Source: Candidatus Methylomirabilota bacterium (GTDB lineage: Bacteria > Methylomirabilota > Methylomirabilia > Rokubacteriales > CSP1-6). From it: a stretch of 24,164 bases of DNA. The stretch spans positions 1 to 24,164 of the forward strand of contig JBKPAK010000270.1 in NCBI GenBank assembly GCA_046726415.1. Direction: 5' to 3'. A program made the translations under genes and the position numbers. Positions 1-10,097 of this stretch are shown here, in pieces; position 1 is the first letter of the stretch, and each line of letters starts with the position of its first letter. Below the pieces are notes generated by a model that worked only from the letters and a program-made list of their open reading frames with translations, did no database searches and was not told where the DNA came from.

Positions 1-279
1 CGTCCACTTCCGGGCGATCAGCTGGCGGTGCCACCGCAGGATCGTGTCCGGCGTCACGAGGGTGGCGACCTGCCTCAACAGCCGGCGCCCGAGTCGTCGG
101 CCTTTGGCGGCGAGGCGTCGGCGCTGCTCGTCGGTCAGCCGGAGGCGGCGCCCGTTCAGCTGCCCCTTGAGGACCCGGTTCTCCTCCACCAGGTATTCGA
201 TGACGTGTTGTTGGTGGCGGTTGATCCAACCCGCGAGGGTCACGAGTAGCACCTGCAACGGGTAGACATCGGTCGTCAT
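1..279 (-). CDS. Transposase/integrase (rve-type, IS481/IS3-like) N-terminal part; runs off the window start
   Basis: Manual translation from ATG at 279: MTTDVYPLQVLLVTLAGWINRHQQHVIEYLVEENRVLKGQLNGRRLRLTDEQRRRLAAKGRRLGRRLLRQVATLVTPDTILRWHRQLIARKWT. The TPDTxLRW motif is shared with the transposase at 20033. It is absent from the ORF track because there is no stop in the window. Confidence 0.85.
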   Translation of the reverse strand, partial: MTTDVYPLQVLLVTLAGWINRHQQHVIEYLVEENRVLKGQLNGRRLRLTDEQRRRLAAKGRRLGRRLLRQVATLVTPDTILRWHRQLIARKWT

Positions 280-349
280 GAGCCAATCGTACCGTGCCTC
301 AATCCGGCCCGTGTACCGAGTGAGCTCGGCTGAGTATTCGGACCATACA
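1..349 (-). mobile_element. Left end of an IS element (terminus 5'-TGTATGGTCCGAATACTCAGCCG on the minus strand)
   Basis: A TGT-starting terminus lies 70 bp upstream of the transposase ATG, and a 5'-truncated M48 fragment begins right after it. The other end is outside the window, so the TIR cannot be confirmed. Confidence 0.6.
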
Positions 350-351
350 GG

Positions 352-752
352 CCCATGCCGCCGCGACCGCCTTCCGGAAGATGGGAACCACCATTGGCTA
401 CCGGTCGGATTCGATCTACGTGGAGTGATTGACCTCCCGCATCTCAACGCTCAGGCCGCAGGCGGCGGATACTTCGCCATCACGAACCGCCTGCTCGACG
501 TCAACAACCAATGCGTGCTGTGGGGCATTGTCGCCCACGAGGTCGCCCACGACCACTTCCTCCTCGGTGAGAAGGCGGACCAGTGCGAGCTTCACGGCCA
601 GCGGCATCGGCTTGATCCCATCTGGCACACTTCGGGTGCCGTCATGCCGAGCGTGCGCCGAATCTCCCTTGGCTCTCGTCAACGAGGAGGCGAACTCCCC
701 GAAGGTCTCGTCCCGTCAAACGCATCGACGCCATAGCGGCCCCCAATACTGA
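352..752 (+). pseudogene. M48 family Zn-metallopeptidase fragment, 5'-truncated, probable frameshift after HExxH
   Basis: VIDLPHLNAQAAGGGYFAITNRLLDVNNQCVLWGIVAHEVAH matches the M48 pattern (NAfa..gG.i.it.gLl...l.gvlaHEiaH). There is no own start, and the plausible continuation (SVRRRTSASFTASGIGLI) is in another frame. Confidence 0.65.
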
Positions 753-1308
753 GTTTCTTCAATTTGTATTCGATCGGACGAATGGCCGTCAACGTATGGC
801 AACTATCGCGGCGCCACGGCATTCAAGCTTGATTGTCTCGATCGTGTATGATGAGTCTATGGATAGTTTGCCCCATGGTGTCTTCCTTGGGATTTAGGGG
901 GATTTTAACCGGGTGCTGTCCGATAGCCATACGATCAGCGCTTGTTGACCGCTCGCAACCGGTGAAGTTAGGCGCCTTGCCGACCGTCCGATTTATATCA
1001 CCGGACAACGTCATTCGGACCGTCGAAGGTCGGATCGTTCGCGAGTTCTTCCAGGGTTCGAGGACTTCGTTAGGTGACAAGGAACGGCCTGGAAACCGAC
1101 CTCGGGACGCTCCGGTTGCCACCGCTGTAGATCGTGGCACCCCTCGCCTGTACGCGCTCCGCCGACTCAGGGACCGGCACCCACCGCTTTGGGGCAAGGG
1201 GAACAACGTGACGGTTGCCATCGATCTCGACCGCTTCTTAGCGATCTCGTAAAGTGCACTGATGACGTCACCTCTAACTTGTCAGTGCCTTCGGGCGGAT
1301 GGGAGTTG

Positions 1309-1782
1309 GTCGTCTATGCGGGCATCGGATGGGAGGTGCCTCGCCTCCTCGAACTGATGCCGCAGGCGTCCGACTGGTACTTCGACATCGCGGCTCAGGT
1401 CGACATGACCGTCTGGGCGCGCGGGCGGGTCGTCCTCGTCGGCGACGCCGCCTACTGCGCCTCACCGATGTCCGGCCAGGGCTCGAGCCTCGCCCTCATC
1501 GGGGCGTACGTGCTGGCGGGCGAGCTCGCAGCCGCGGGCGGCGATCACGAAGCGGCGTTCGCCGAGTACGACCGGGTAATGCGCCCGTTCATCGCCGTGA
1601 ACCAGGCGCTCGGGATCCAGTCGGCGGAGTTCATGACCCAGGATCCGGCGAGCGCCCCCGTCGAGCTCTCCGGTCGCGAGATCGAGTCGGTGATCGATCG
1701 CTCCACGGACCGCATCGCGGATGCGGCCAACGCCATCACGTTGAAGGACTACCCGGCGTTCACCGCCGAGCCGGCGGGGTGA
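1309..1782 (+). pseudogene. FAD-dependent monooxygenase, C-terminal fragment only
   Basis: GWEVPRLL...WARGRVVLVGDAAYCASPMSGQGSSLALIGAYVLAGEL is the GD FAD-binding motif of class A flavin monooxygenases. The N-terminal GxGxxG region is absent. Confidence 0.85.
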
Positions 1783-1789
1783 CGTCTCG

Positions 1790-2350
1790 GGACGTGCAAT
1801 CACAAACACGGTGCTGAGGAGCACCGACCCGGTGGTCACCATGCCGTGCCCGCTCATCGGACTCAACATCGCGGCCGACAACATCACGCTCAACTGCCAC
1901 GGCCACGAGCTCAGCGGCGCACCGACCATCGCCGGAATCGTGCTCGAAGCCCGCACGGGCGTGACCGTGCGCAACTGCAAAATCACGGCTTCAAAAACGG
2001 GCATTCATCACCCCAACACCAGCGGCAACTCGCTGATCACCAACACCATCAGCGGGAGTCTTTGTTTCGCCCTTTTCACAGGCTTCTTCAACAACAACAA
2101 CCTAGTCAAGGGCAATCGCGTGGTGGCCGCCCGTCATGACGCCATCAACGTTAATAGCTCGGCCACCGGGAACACGTTCTTGACCAACACCTTGGAGGGG
2201 CGCCAACGTTAGCTTCGAAAATGGCATCGACTTTCGACTTTGGCGCGACCACAACACGGTGCGGGGCAACCGGATCAGTGGATTCCGCGGCAGCGGGATC
2301 GAGCTGGAGGGTTTCACGAGCTGGATCAATCCGAACATCAACCGATGGGC
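1790..2350 (+). pseudogene. Right-handed parallel beta-helix (NosD/pectin-lyase fold) protein fragment with +1 frameshift
   Basis: ADNITLNCHGHELSG...GVTVRNCKI...GNSLITNTIS...NNLVKGNRV. After the G-run near 2197-2200 it continues as GANVSFENGIDFRLWRDHNTVRGNRISGFRGSGIELEG. No signal peptide or clear start remains. Confidence 0.7.
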
Positions 2351-2389
2351 GCGGTCTTTCGTCGCCGGTCTCACCCTCTGGATCGGGCG

Positions 2390-2957
2390 CTGGCCCCTCG
2401 GATAACCGCCACCACATCGCCCACCTGCAGCTGGTGGCGGCGGCCGACATCCCGCGGTTCCGCGCGCTGGGGGTCATCGTCAATTTCCAGCCGTTCTGGA
2501 TGTTCCCCGACGAATGGATCACCCAGAGCGCCGAGGCGGTGATCGGACCGGCTCGCGCCCGGCAACTCTTCCCGTGGCGCTCCATCGCGCAGACGACTGG
2601 CCGGTGACGTCGCCCAACCCGTTTCTCGCCATCCAGGTGGGGACGACCCGACAGTCCCCGGACCCTCCATTCGGCGCTTCGTGGATCCCGGCCGAGCGCG
2701 TCTCCCGCAAGACGCTGCTGGCCGCGTACACGACCGGCGGCGCCTACGTGAATCGCCGCGAGCACGAGACCGGCTCGCTGGAGGTCGGCAAGGCGGCCGA
2801 TTTCGCCATCGTCGATCGCAACCCGCTGACCGCCCCCGTCCGCCGCCTCGGCGGGATCCGCGTCCTCAAGACGTTCGTGGATGGGGAGGAGGTCTACGCG
2901 GCCCCTTCGGCGGCCGCGGCCACAAGCCGGGATCCCGACCGCCGCCCCGGCACGTGA
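2390..2957 (+). pseudogene. YtcJ-like amidohydrolase_3, C-terminal fragment with a small internal deletion/frameshift
   Basis: RHHIAHLQLV..DIPRFRALGVIVNFQP, then in another frame DWPVTSPNPFLAIQ...YTTGGAY...GSLEVGKAADFAIVDRNP...TFVDGEEVY. The residues normally before DWPV (...fGS) are missing near 2593. Confidence 0.85.
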
Positions 2958-3156
2958 CGATGGAGGGGCCGCGCGCGGCGACCCGTGGTGAAGAAGGGAT
3001 CGCAGTCCGAAGCGACTCTCGATGCAAAGGTCTCATCGAGCAGGCTCCTCACCAAGCGGCAAGCTCCTTCGGCTGAGCCGCTCTTCCGGGGCGCCAGGCA
3101 CGGCGTTCAACGGCGCGCAACGGAAACCCAAGCGACGCCGTCGTGGTCCGGAGGTC

Positions 3157-4088
3157 TCACGCCAAGGGCCTCCTCGCGGCGGATGGTCGGGGCCGGGCGG
3201 CAAGACGCTGATCCGCCAGCTGCATGACGCTCTCAGGGGCGCGCGTCTCGGCACGGAGCTGCACCGACAGCGCAAGGGCTAATGCGTTTTCGCGAAGCCG
3301 CAGTGCCCGGAATATCCCGAAGCGGTGCGCGGAAGCGATATCGACATACGCGCCCAGCGGGAGTTGGGTCTCTGGACTTGGCTGTCGCTGCCGATTCCAT
3401 GCGCGGATCTGAAGCCTCCTGGTGGAAGCCTTCATCGCGTTTGGATTGACGCGCGTCGCGACGACGAGATGCCTGAGCACCTCGACCTTCTCGCCGTTGA
3501 CGGTCAGCGCCACGTTACGTGCCTGCTTGTACCATGCACTAGGGCATGCCGGCTTCCCCAAAAGCTGGTCGGCGACGCCCTTCGCTTCGGCCACCGCCAA
3601 CTCGTACTCCGACGCCCTGGCCGCCGGGGACGGGACGCAACGCGATGTAGTCTGGACGCAGGCGCGCCCGGCTTGCCGGATTGCGATCGGCAACGAGTGT
3701 TGCCTTCGGAAACTGCGGCGGCCAGGCCTGGACGTCAACGCTGAGGTTCGCCTCGGGGTAGAACGCGCTGAGTGGTGCGACCCAAGTGTACCCATCCTGG
3801 CGCAAGAAGTGGCGCGCGCCCGCGATGCCTAGCATCCACGACAGCACGCTCTTCCACTGACGTTCGCTGCGTCCGGCCTTGTCTCGCAAAGCAAGGAACC
3901 CGATGTTCCCACGCGACGGATCCTCCTCGAGGAGGAAGGGCGGCCAGCCGAGGAAAGCGGTGCCATCGGCCGGCGGAAATGACGGAACCCCAGTCGGTGG
4001 CTAGATGGCTGGAAATGTCGACGACGCTCATCGGCATCGCCGCTGCCCGGGCACCGGCCGCATCTACGTTCCAGAACTCCACAAGCAT
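3157..4088 (-). pseudogene. Putative PD-(D/E)xK nuclease-fold protein split across three frames
   Basis: GGAGG RBS before ATG 4088. ORFs 3735..4088, 3539..3889 and 3157..3795 join into one protein with RPDYIALR (PD at 3655-3650), YELAVAEAKG (EAK at 3588-3580) and WYKQARN. The 3' end is uncertain. Confidence 0.55.
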
Positions 4089-4159
4089 TTGCCACCCTCC
4101 GGTCAGTTAGAGCTTTCAGCGGACGCGCGTCGCAAGTAATCATGAATCTCCGGCGGACT

Positions 4160-5413
4160 TCATAGCGGTTCTCTGAGAGCCAGGCGCAGTAGCTCGACGC
4201 CGCGCGCGAAGTCATCGAGGTCCATCGCCTCGTGCGGGTTATGCGAGCCGCGCTCGTTGCGAATGAAGATCATGCCGCATGGCACGCCGGCGGCGGCGAA
4301 CATCGCGGCGTCGTGTCCAGCGCCGCTCGGCACGGTCTCGGCGGGCAGGCCGAGCCGTCGTGACAGTTCGAGGAGGTGCCCCACCCAACGCTCGTCCATG
4401 CGCGCTGGTAGCGTTTCGAGGCGGCGGTCGAACTCGAACCTCACCGTGCGCTCGACGGCCACCGAGTTGCACTCCGTACGGAACAGCTCATAGACCGCCT
4501 CCAGCGTCTCGCGGTTCTGGCTGCGCACTTCGAGGCTGAACGCCACTTCGCCTGGGATGCGCGAGATCGCATGCGCACGCGGGTCGGTCGACACGATGCC
4601 GAATGTGAGCACCAGATCCAGACCGCGTTCGAGCAGCACGGCCCAATGCTCGTCCATGCGGTGCATCAGCTCGGCTGTTGCCAGCACGGCGTCGCGACGC
4701 AACCAGCGCGGCACCGCCCCCGAGTGCCCGGCCTCGCCGCGACATACGACGTGTTTGTGGCGAATGTTTCCGCGGATACCCGTCACGATTGCGGTGGGCC
4801 ACTTGCCTGCCACCATCACCGGCCCCTGTTCGATGTGCAGCTCGAGATAGGCAGCGGCGCCACCGACGTCGAACAAGCGCTCGCCGCGGCGCACGCGCTC
4901 GACCTCCACACCAGCGCGCGCCATCGCTTCGGCAAGCGTGCACGTATCACTGCGATGACGCAGCTCGAGATCTTCGCCCTTGAGCTTGCCGAGCAGCGCG
5001 CTCGAGCCCATGTAGGCCTTGCCGAACCACGCGCTCTCCTCACCGCGCAGGCCGAGCACCCTGACCGGCCTGGGCGGCTGGGCGCCCGCGCGCCTGAAGT
5101 CGACCAGGCACAACAGTCCGGCGACGACGCCGGCGAGTCCGTCGAAGTTGCCCCCCTGCGGGACGGAGTCCAGATGAGAGCCGACATAGATCGCGGCGCC
5201 GAACGCTTCATCGGGGAGGCTGATGACGAGGTTTTGCGCGGCGTCGCGCGCGGTCGTCAGTCCTTCGCTTCGCGCGAACCCTTCGACGAGCTCGAGCGCG
5301 CTGCTTTCCGTCGGACCGTAGCTTTCACGCGTGATGCCCTCGCCATCGCGCGAGCGCGACGCCACGTCGGCAAAAAGCGTCGCCGCCAGCGAGCGAAGCG
5401 TTGCACGGTCCAT
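4160..5413 (-). CDS. Zn-dependent hydrolase, M20 family (allantoate amidohydrolase / N-carbamoyl-L-amino-acid hydrolase type)
   Basis: Intact 417 aa with GSHLDSVPQGGNFDG, GEE, ELHIEQGP, GHSG, SGAGHDA and GSHNPHE motifs. Confidence 0.95.
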   Translation of the reverse strand: MDRATLRSLAATLFADVASRSRDGEGITRESYGPTESSALELVEGFARSEGLTTARDAAQNLVISLPDEAFGAAIYVGSHLDSVPQGGNFDGLAGVVAGLLCLVDFRRAGAQPPRPVRVLGLRGEESAWFGKAYMGSSALLGKLKGEDLELRHRSDTCTLAEAMARAGVEVERVRRGERLFDVGGAAAYLELHIEQGPVMVAGKWPTAIVTGIRGNIRHKHVVCRGEAGHSGAVPRWLRRDAVLATAELMHRMDEHWAVLLERGLDLVLTFGIVSTDPRAHAISRIPGEVAFSLEVRSQNRETLEAVYELFRTECNSVAVERTVRFEFDRRLETLPARMDERWVGHLLELSRRLGLPAETVPSGAGHDAAMFAAAGVPCGMIFIRNERGSHNPHEAMDLDDFARGVELLRLALREPL

Positions 5414-5438
5414 GTCAGCCTCGGGGGTCCCCGCCCTC

Positions 5439-5468
5439 CAGGTACAGCGCCGACAACGGGCCTGTCAA
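5439..5468 (-). promoter_or_regulatory. Candidate sigma70-type promoter for the M20 hydrolase
   Basis: Minus strand TTGACA (5468-5463), an 18-nt spacer and TACCTG (5444-5439), about 25 nt upstream of the ATG. The -35 is perfect and the -10 is weak. Confidence 0.35.
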
Positions 5469-5588
5469 GGAAGGTGCAGAGGCCGTAAGAGCTTGTTGAC
5501 CGCCATGCCGGGCCGGTCACCCCGTCCGCGGCCCGCCGGTCCCCCTGCCGTAATCGCCTAATTCTCGCACGCCCTCCCCAAGGAGCTG

Positions 5589-6957
5589 ATGGCATGGAAG
5601 GGTATAGTGTTGCCGGCTGTCGCATATGCCCAGTCTAAACCGATGACGATCTGGACCGGCGCGGCCTCCCGCGATCCGTCGGCCTCGTCGCCCCGTCCTC
5701 TCACGACCCAGGCTAGCCCGGCCGCCCGGCGCGCGCTGCTGGCCTGCGCTCTCGGCTGGCTCTTCGACGGCTATGAGACGTATGCGCTGATTCTCGTCGG
5801 CGCCGCCGCCATCCGCGATCTCATCGCGCCTGACCAGCTCCCGCTCTATTTCGGCAGCCTCGCAACGGTGACTTTGCTCGGATGGGCCACCGGTGGAGTG
5901 TCCTGTGGGGTGTTCGCCGACTATCTCAGACGGCGCCGAACGCTCATGCTGTCCATCGTGCTCTATGCCGCATTCACCGGCCTGAGCGCCGTGGCGCAAT
6001 GCTACTGGATGCTCCTGGCCTTCCGCTTCCTCGCCGGGTTGGGGTTGGGTGGTGAGTTCGCTCCGGGCACGACCCTGGTCGCCGAGCTGTGGACTTCTGC
6101 GCGGCGCGGACGCGCGGCGGGAGCTCTCGCGTCCGCCTTCGGGGTCGGTTGCCTGCTCGCCTCCGGGCTGTGGCTCCTCGTCGGGGGTCTCGGCCACGGC
6201 GCGTGGCGCGTCATGTTCCTGCTCGGCGTTCTCCCCGCACTCCTGCTCCTGTGGCTGCGCCGGAGCGTGGAGGATCCCGCGATCTGGCAGGAGGCGGATC
6301 GCCGGCGGCGTGCCGCACGCCAGACGACCAGGGTGGGCCGTCGCCTCAGCGAGGACGAACGGCGTCTGATGCGCTTCACCATCGCGGATCTCTTCGCGAG
6401 TCCCGATCTGCGGAGACACCTTGCTCCTCCTGGTGATGTCCCTGGCGACGATGGTGGGCTACTGGGGCGTGGCAACGTGGGTGCCGCAATACGCCGGCCA
6501 TGTTCCCGCGCGCGCGGGCTACACGGCGGGACGATCTGGCCCACTCGCCGGTCTCCTGTACAGCGTCGGGGCAATCGCCGGCTACCTCGTGCTCGGGATG
6601 CTGGGTGACCTGTGGGGCCGGAAGCCGACCATCGGGCTGTTCTTCGCGGGATCCGTCGTGGTCGCCCTGGCTCCTTTCCTGATCGACGACGACCTCGTCC
6701 TCTTCATGGCCGCGGCCACGATCAACGGCTTCTTCACCTCGGGCCAGTTCGCGTGGATGACCATGTACCTGCCGGAGGTCTATCCCACCGCGGTCCGCGG
6801 CACGGGTACGGCCGTGGTCTTCAACAGCGCGCGCTACCTCGCCGCCTTTGGCCCCCTCGTCGCGGGCTGGGTGGTCGAATCACTGGGAGGCATCGCACTC
6901 GTCATCTCCCCAGACCATGCGTCAGGGGGGTCTCGTGCGCGATCTCCGGGGCGTTGA
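5589..6957 (+). pseudogene. MFS transporter (sialate/aromatic acid:H+ symporter-like), frameshifted near 6420 and missing the last TM helix
   Basis: LGWLFDGYE, motif A-like G.FADYLRRR, RFLAGLGLGGEF, second half GDLWGRK and LPEVYPTAVRGTG. ORFs 5589..6608 and 6421..6957 join at CACC|TTG. Similarity ends near 6900. Confidence 0.88.
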
Positions 6958-7045
6958 TGCCGATGTAGCGCAATTTCTCCAGGCGCGACCCCACCCGCAC
7001 ATGGATCGTGTCGCCGTCCACCACCCACACCACGCGCCCCTCCAT
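6902..7045 (-). pseudogene. Thermonuclease (SNase-like) N-terminal fragment
   Basis: MEGRVVWVVDGDTIHVRVGSRLEKLRYIGINAPE contains the SNase signature (V.DGDT...vRliGidaPE). Its ATG overlaps the clostripain stop (TGATG, 7047-7043). It is truncated after about 40 codons. Confidence 0.8.
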
Positions 7046-8361
7046 CAGGCCGCGTCCGGCGGATCGCCGGTGAGGTACGCCTCCAGGAACTCCGCCCACC
7101 GCGTCCGGTTCGCGAAGTCGAGCTCCCGATAGAACACCGATGGATCGCGGAACGGCGGGAAGTAGATCGAGAGCCCCCGTGCCGGCCGCATCCGGGCACC
7201 GCCGTGCGCCTCCGTGATGATCGGTCCCCCTGGGCCTCAATCGCCAGCCGGACGTCCTGCGCCGCGGTGCGCACCTCGCGCCTGCTCGTCGCGCTGACGA
7301 GATTGACGGCGAAGTGGTGGAGGTCGATGTACAGGTCGTCGAAGAAGCGCAGCGTCCGGCGCCAGGCCCGATAGAGCGCCTGCTCCAGGGCGGTATCCGG
7401 GAGCGCCGCGAGCAGGGTCCCCGCCAGCACGTCCACGACAGTCACGAGATCGTCAAGCTTCCCGAGGTCGATGGCCGACTGCGTGATGTCCGGACCGTCG
7501 GTTCCGTAGAACTCGGCGTAGCGGCGCACGATCGTCGCCCCCAGCTTTGCCGGCGTCATGGCCGGCCGCGCCACCAGATCGCCGAAGACCATCGAGTAGG
7601 GCCAGCCGGCCCCAGCCTCGAGTTCCTGGGAGCCCACCAGGATCCGCACGTGGTCCCTGAGCTGGTAGGCCACCTCGAGCATGGTCATGAGGCTGGCGTC
7701 CAACCCCACGATGTCGAGCGGCCGGCCGAGGACCCGATGTGCGTGCGCCACCACCTGCTTCAGCTCCTTGTTGTCCAGGCAGTGGCCCGAGCCGTCGTCA
7801 TAGGCGATGCCGCGGAGCGCGTCCGGCCCGGGGAGCCAGTCCCGCGTTGGGCGGAAGAAGCCCTGGCGGAGCCGCCGGGCCGGCAGCGCCGGCCGAGAGC
7901 ATCTCGGGCGGCACGTAGAAGCCGGAGCCGTGGTTGGAGAGGAGCAGCATGGAGGCCCGCGCGGGGAACCGTCTGGTGCCGAACGACGGGAAGTCCTCGA
8001 GCATGCCCGGGTCGCCGGTGTTGGCGTCCCCGAGGTCCATGAGGAGTTTCGAGCCGATCCGGGACGCGCTGGAGCTGCGCGTGACGTAGTAGCGCCGCGT
8101 GCCGCTCCAGCCGCCGGCGGAGACGTCCGCGCCCGGTCCGCGATCGAGCTGGGCCAGGATCTCGACCGCGCCCGGGCGCGAGCCCACACGCTCCATCTCT
8201 CGGAGGTCGTCGAGCAGCGCGCCCTCCAGGTCGTTGTCGCCGGCGAGGTGAGCCAGCACCGTCCAGTGCGCCGGCCCTGTCTTCCCCCGCGCGTCCGCCT
8301 GGCAACTTCCCTCGAGCGGCGCCACGCTACTGCTGCCTTCGTGATCGCGCAGGAACATCAT
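7045..8361 (-). pseudogene. Clostripain-family (peptidase C11) protein with two frameshifts; catalytic Cys position reads Ser
   Basis: GGGAGG RBS, WTVLAHLAGDNDLE, NTGDP, SNHGSG (catalytic His), IAYDD, LDIVGLDASLM (family consensus DACLM), SQELE.G.GWPY, GLSIYFP, YRELDFA..TRWAEFL. Frameshifts near 7870 and near 7228 (G-run). Confidence 0.88.
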
Positions 8362-8407
8362 GGTTGCCCTCCCGTGTGCGTGTGGTGCGTGCCGAGAAGC
8401 GCTCCGC

Positions 8408-9714
8408 TCACGGCTGGAAGACGGGATCGAGAGGCACCGGCCTCGCGCCGTCGGGGCCGCCGACGAGCAGACCCGCCGCCATCGCAATCAGCGTCGCGAT
8501 CTCCCGATGGAAGATGTCGCGATGGGCGCCGAGCAGGGGCGCGCGCGCCGTGACCACGCGCGAGCCGTCGACGTTGACGATCGGGTATTGGGGGACCCCG
8601 GTGCGCTGCACGTCGAGGAGATCGACCTCGGGCGCGCCGACCCCACGCGCCCCGACGGCACCCAGGGCGCTGGCCGCGACGATAGCCGCGCGGGCGAGGC
8701 GGCCCGCCGGTCTCGCGACATTGCCCGCCCCGGCGCGGCCGACCTGCCCGCTCCCCATGATAGTCCGGTAGAATGTGACGAGCGCCGTGTCGTGGTCGGA
8801 GCGCAGCACGACGTTCGGCCCGTCCACGCGCCGCCCACCGAGGACCGGATAGTAGAGACCCGGCCGGCGGAAACTCGGGACCGCTGGCGCGAACGCAAAG
8901 GCGGAGAAGGCAGCGAGCAGCAGCGTCAGGCTCGCGGGCCTGGCGCCGCCGAGCGCCATGGACGTCACGAGCTTTGCCCCGAAGGAATGGCCGATCAGGT
9001 GAAGCCGAGGCGGCCGTGAGAGCCTGCTCCAGAGCGGCGCGATCCATTCCCGTCCGAACCGCTCGCCGACCTCGCCGGCCCGGCGCTCCATCATCCAGAA
9101 GCTGAGCGCGTGGAGCGGCGAGATCGGCGGGGCTCCGCGCTCGCGACAGGATCGGACCATCTGGGGGGCGAGTGCGTCCCAGCTCCGCCTCCTCCTCGGA
9201 GCTCCTCGGAACCCTCCGCCAAGCACAGGTCTCGCAGGATCCCGGTGTCGCTGTGGTGGCCGCGCCGGTGTGAGCCGTTCACCAAGCGGCGTTCGACCTC
9301 GGGCCAGAGGCCGGTCGACGACACGGTTCTCGCCCGTGTGTCGTCGCTGAACGGCTTCGATGGCCAGTGAAGCCCGACGCGCAGGGGCACGAGAGGTTCG
9401 CGGAGGGGGCCGAGCACCCCGTCCAGGAGGGCGAAGAAGCGCGCTGACTCCTGATGCGCCTCGGCCTCGTCGTGGAGCCAGCCGTGGCAGAAGAAGAAAC
9501 AATCGGTCGCCGATCCCCCGGCCCTCGCCACCCGTTCGAGTTGGTTCCTGTCGGCGAGGCGGCCATCCTTCGTCAGCGTCACCAGGAGGATCTCCTGGCC
9601 GCGGCGCGGAGGAGCCGGCACCGCCACCGCTCGACCCCGCTCTCGGAAGACGAGCGAGCCTTCACAGCAGTAGCCGGCGACCGTGCGGACATCGACTCCA
9701 GCCCGGAGGCCCAT
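8408..9714 (-). pseudogene. Alpha/beta-hydrolase (esterase/lipase-like) with two apparent +1 G insertions near 9180 and 9212
   Basis: FFFCHGW, GLHWPS, LHLIGHSFGAK (nucleophile elbow), SDHDTAL, GAHRDI (catalytic His). It reads through as ILRDLCLAE/VPRSSEEEAEL/DALAPQ if one G is removed at each of two GGG runs. The start codon is uncertain. Confidence 0.8.
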
Positions 9715-9805
9715 CCGTCGGACCCTACACGCCGCTCCACGCTCGCCGGAGCCACGCCTTCGGCGCCTTCGGCAAGGACGTGGCCCGCGGCCTCGCGGTG
9801 CGCGG

Positions 9806-10012
9806 GGGCCCCAGTACATCGCCGACGCCTGGATCAACGAAGCGGAATGGCTGGGCATGACGATCAGCCCCTCGTATGTCGGGGACCCGAATGCCAACGG
9901 AGTCATGGAGCGCTTCATCCGCACGCTGAAGGAGCAGTGCATCTACCTGCATCGGTTCCAGAGCATAGCCGAGGCCGAGCGAATCATCGGCGCGTTCATC
10001 ACGCGCTACAAC
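9806..10012 (+). mobile_element. IS3-family transposase integrase-core fragment
   Basis: GPQYIADAWINEAEWLGMTISPSYVGDPNANGVMERFIRTLKEQCIYLHRFQSIAEAERIIGAFITRYN covers the second half of the DDE domain. Both ends are missing. Confidence 0.85.
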
Positions 10013-10097
10013 ATGCGGACTTGGGGCCTCTCGGCTACTATCGCGGGACCGGCGAGGTGGCCGGCCTTGCCGAGACTCCCGGACCAGGAGGCCCCTC

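Noticed and set aside
28-265. Plus-strand ORFs 28..249 and 44..265
   Set aside because: They are antisense shadows of the minus-strand transposase.
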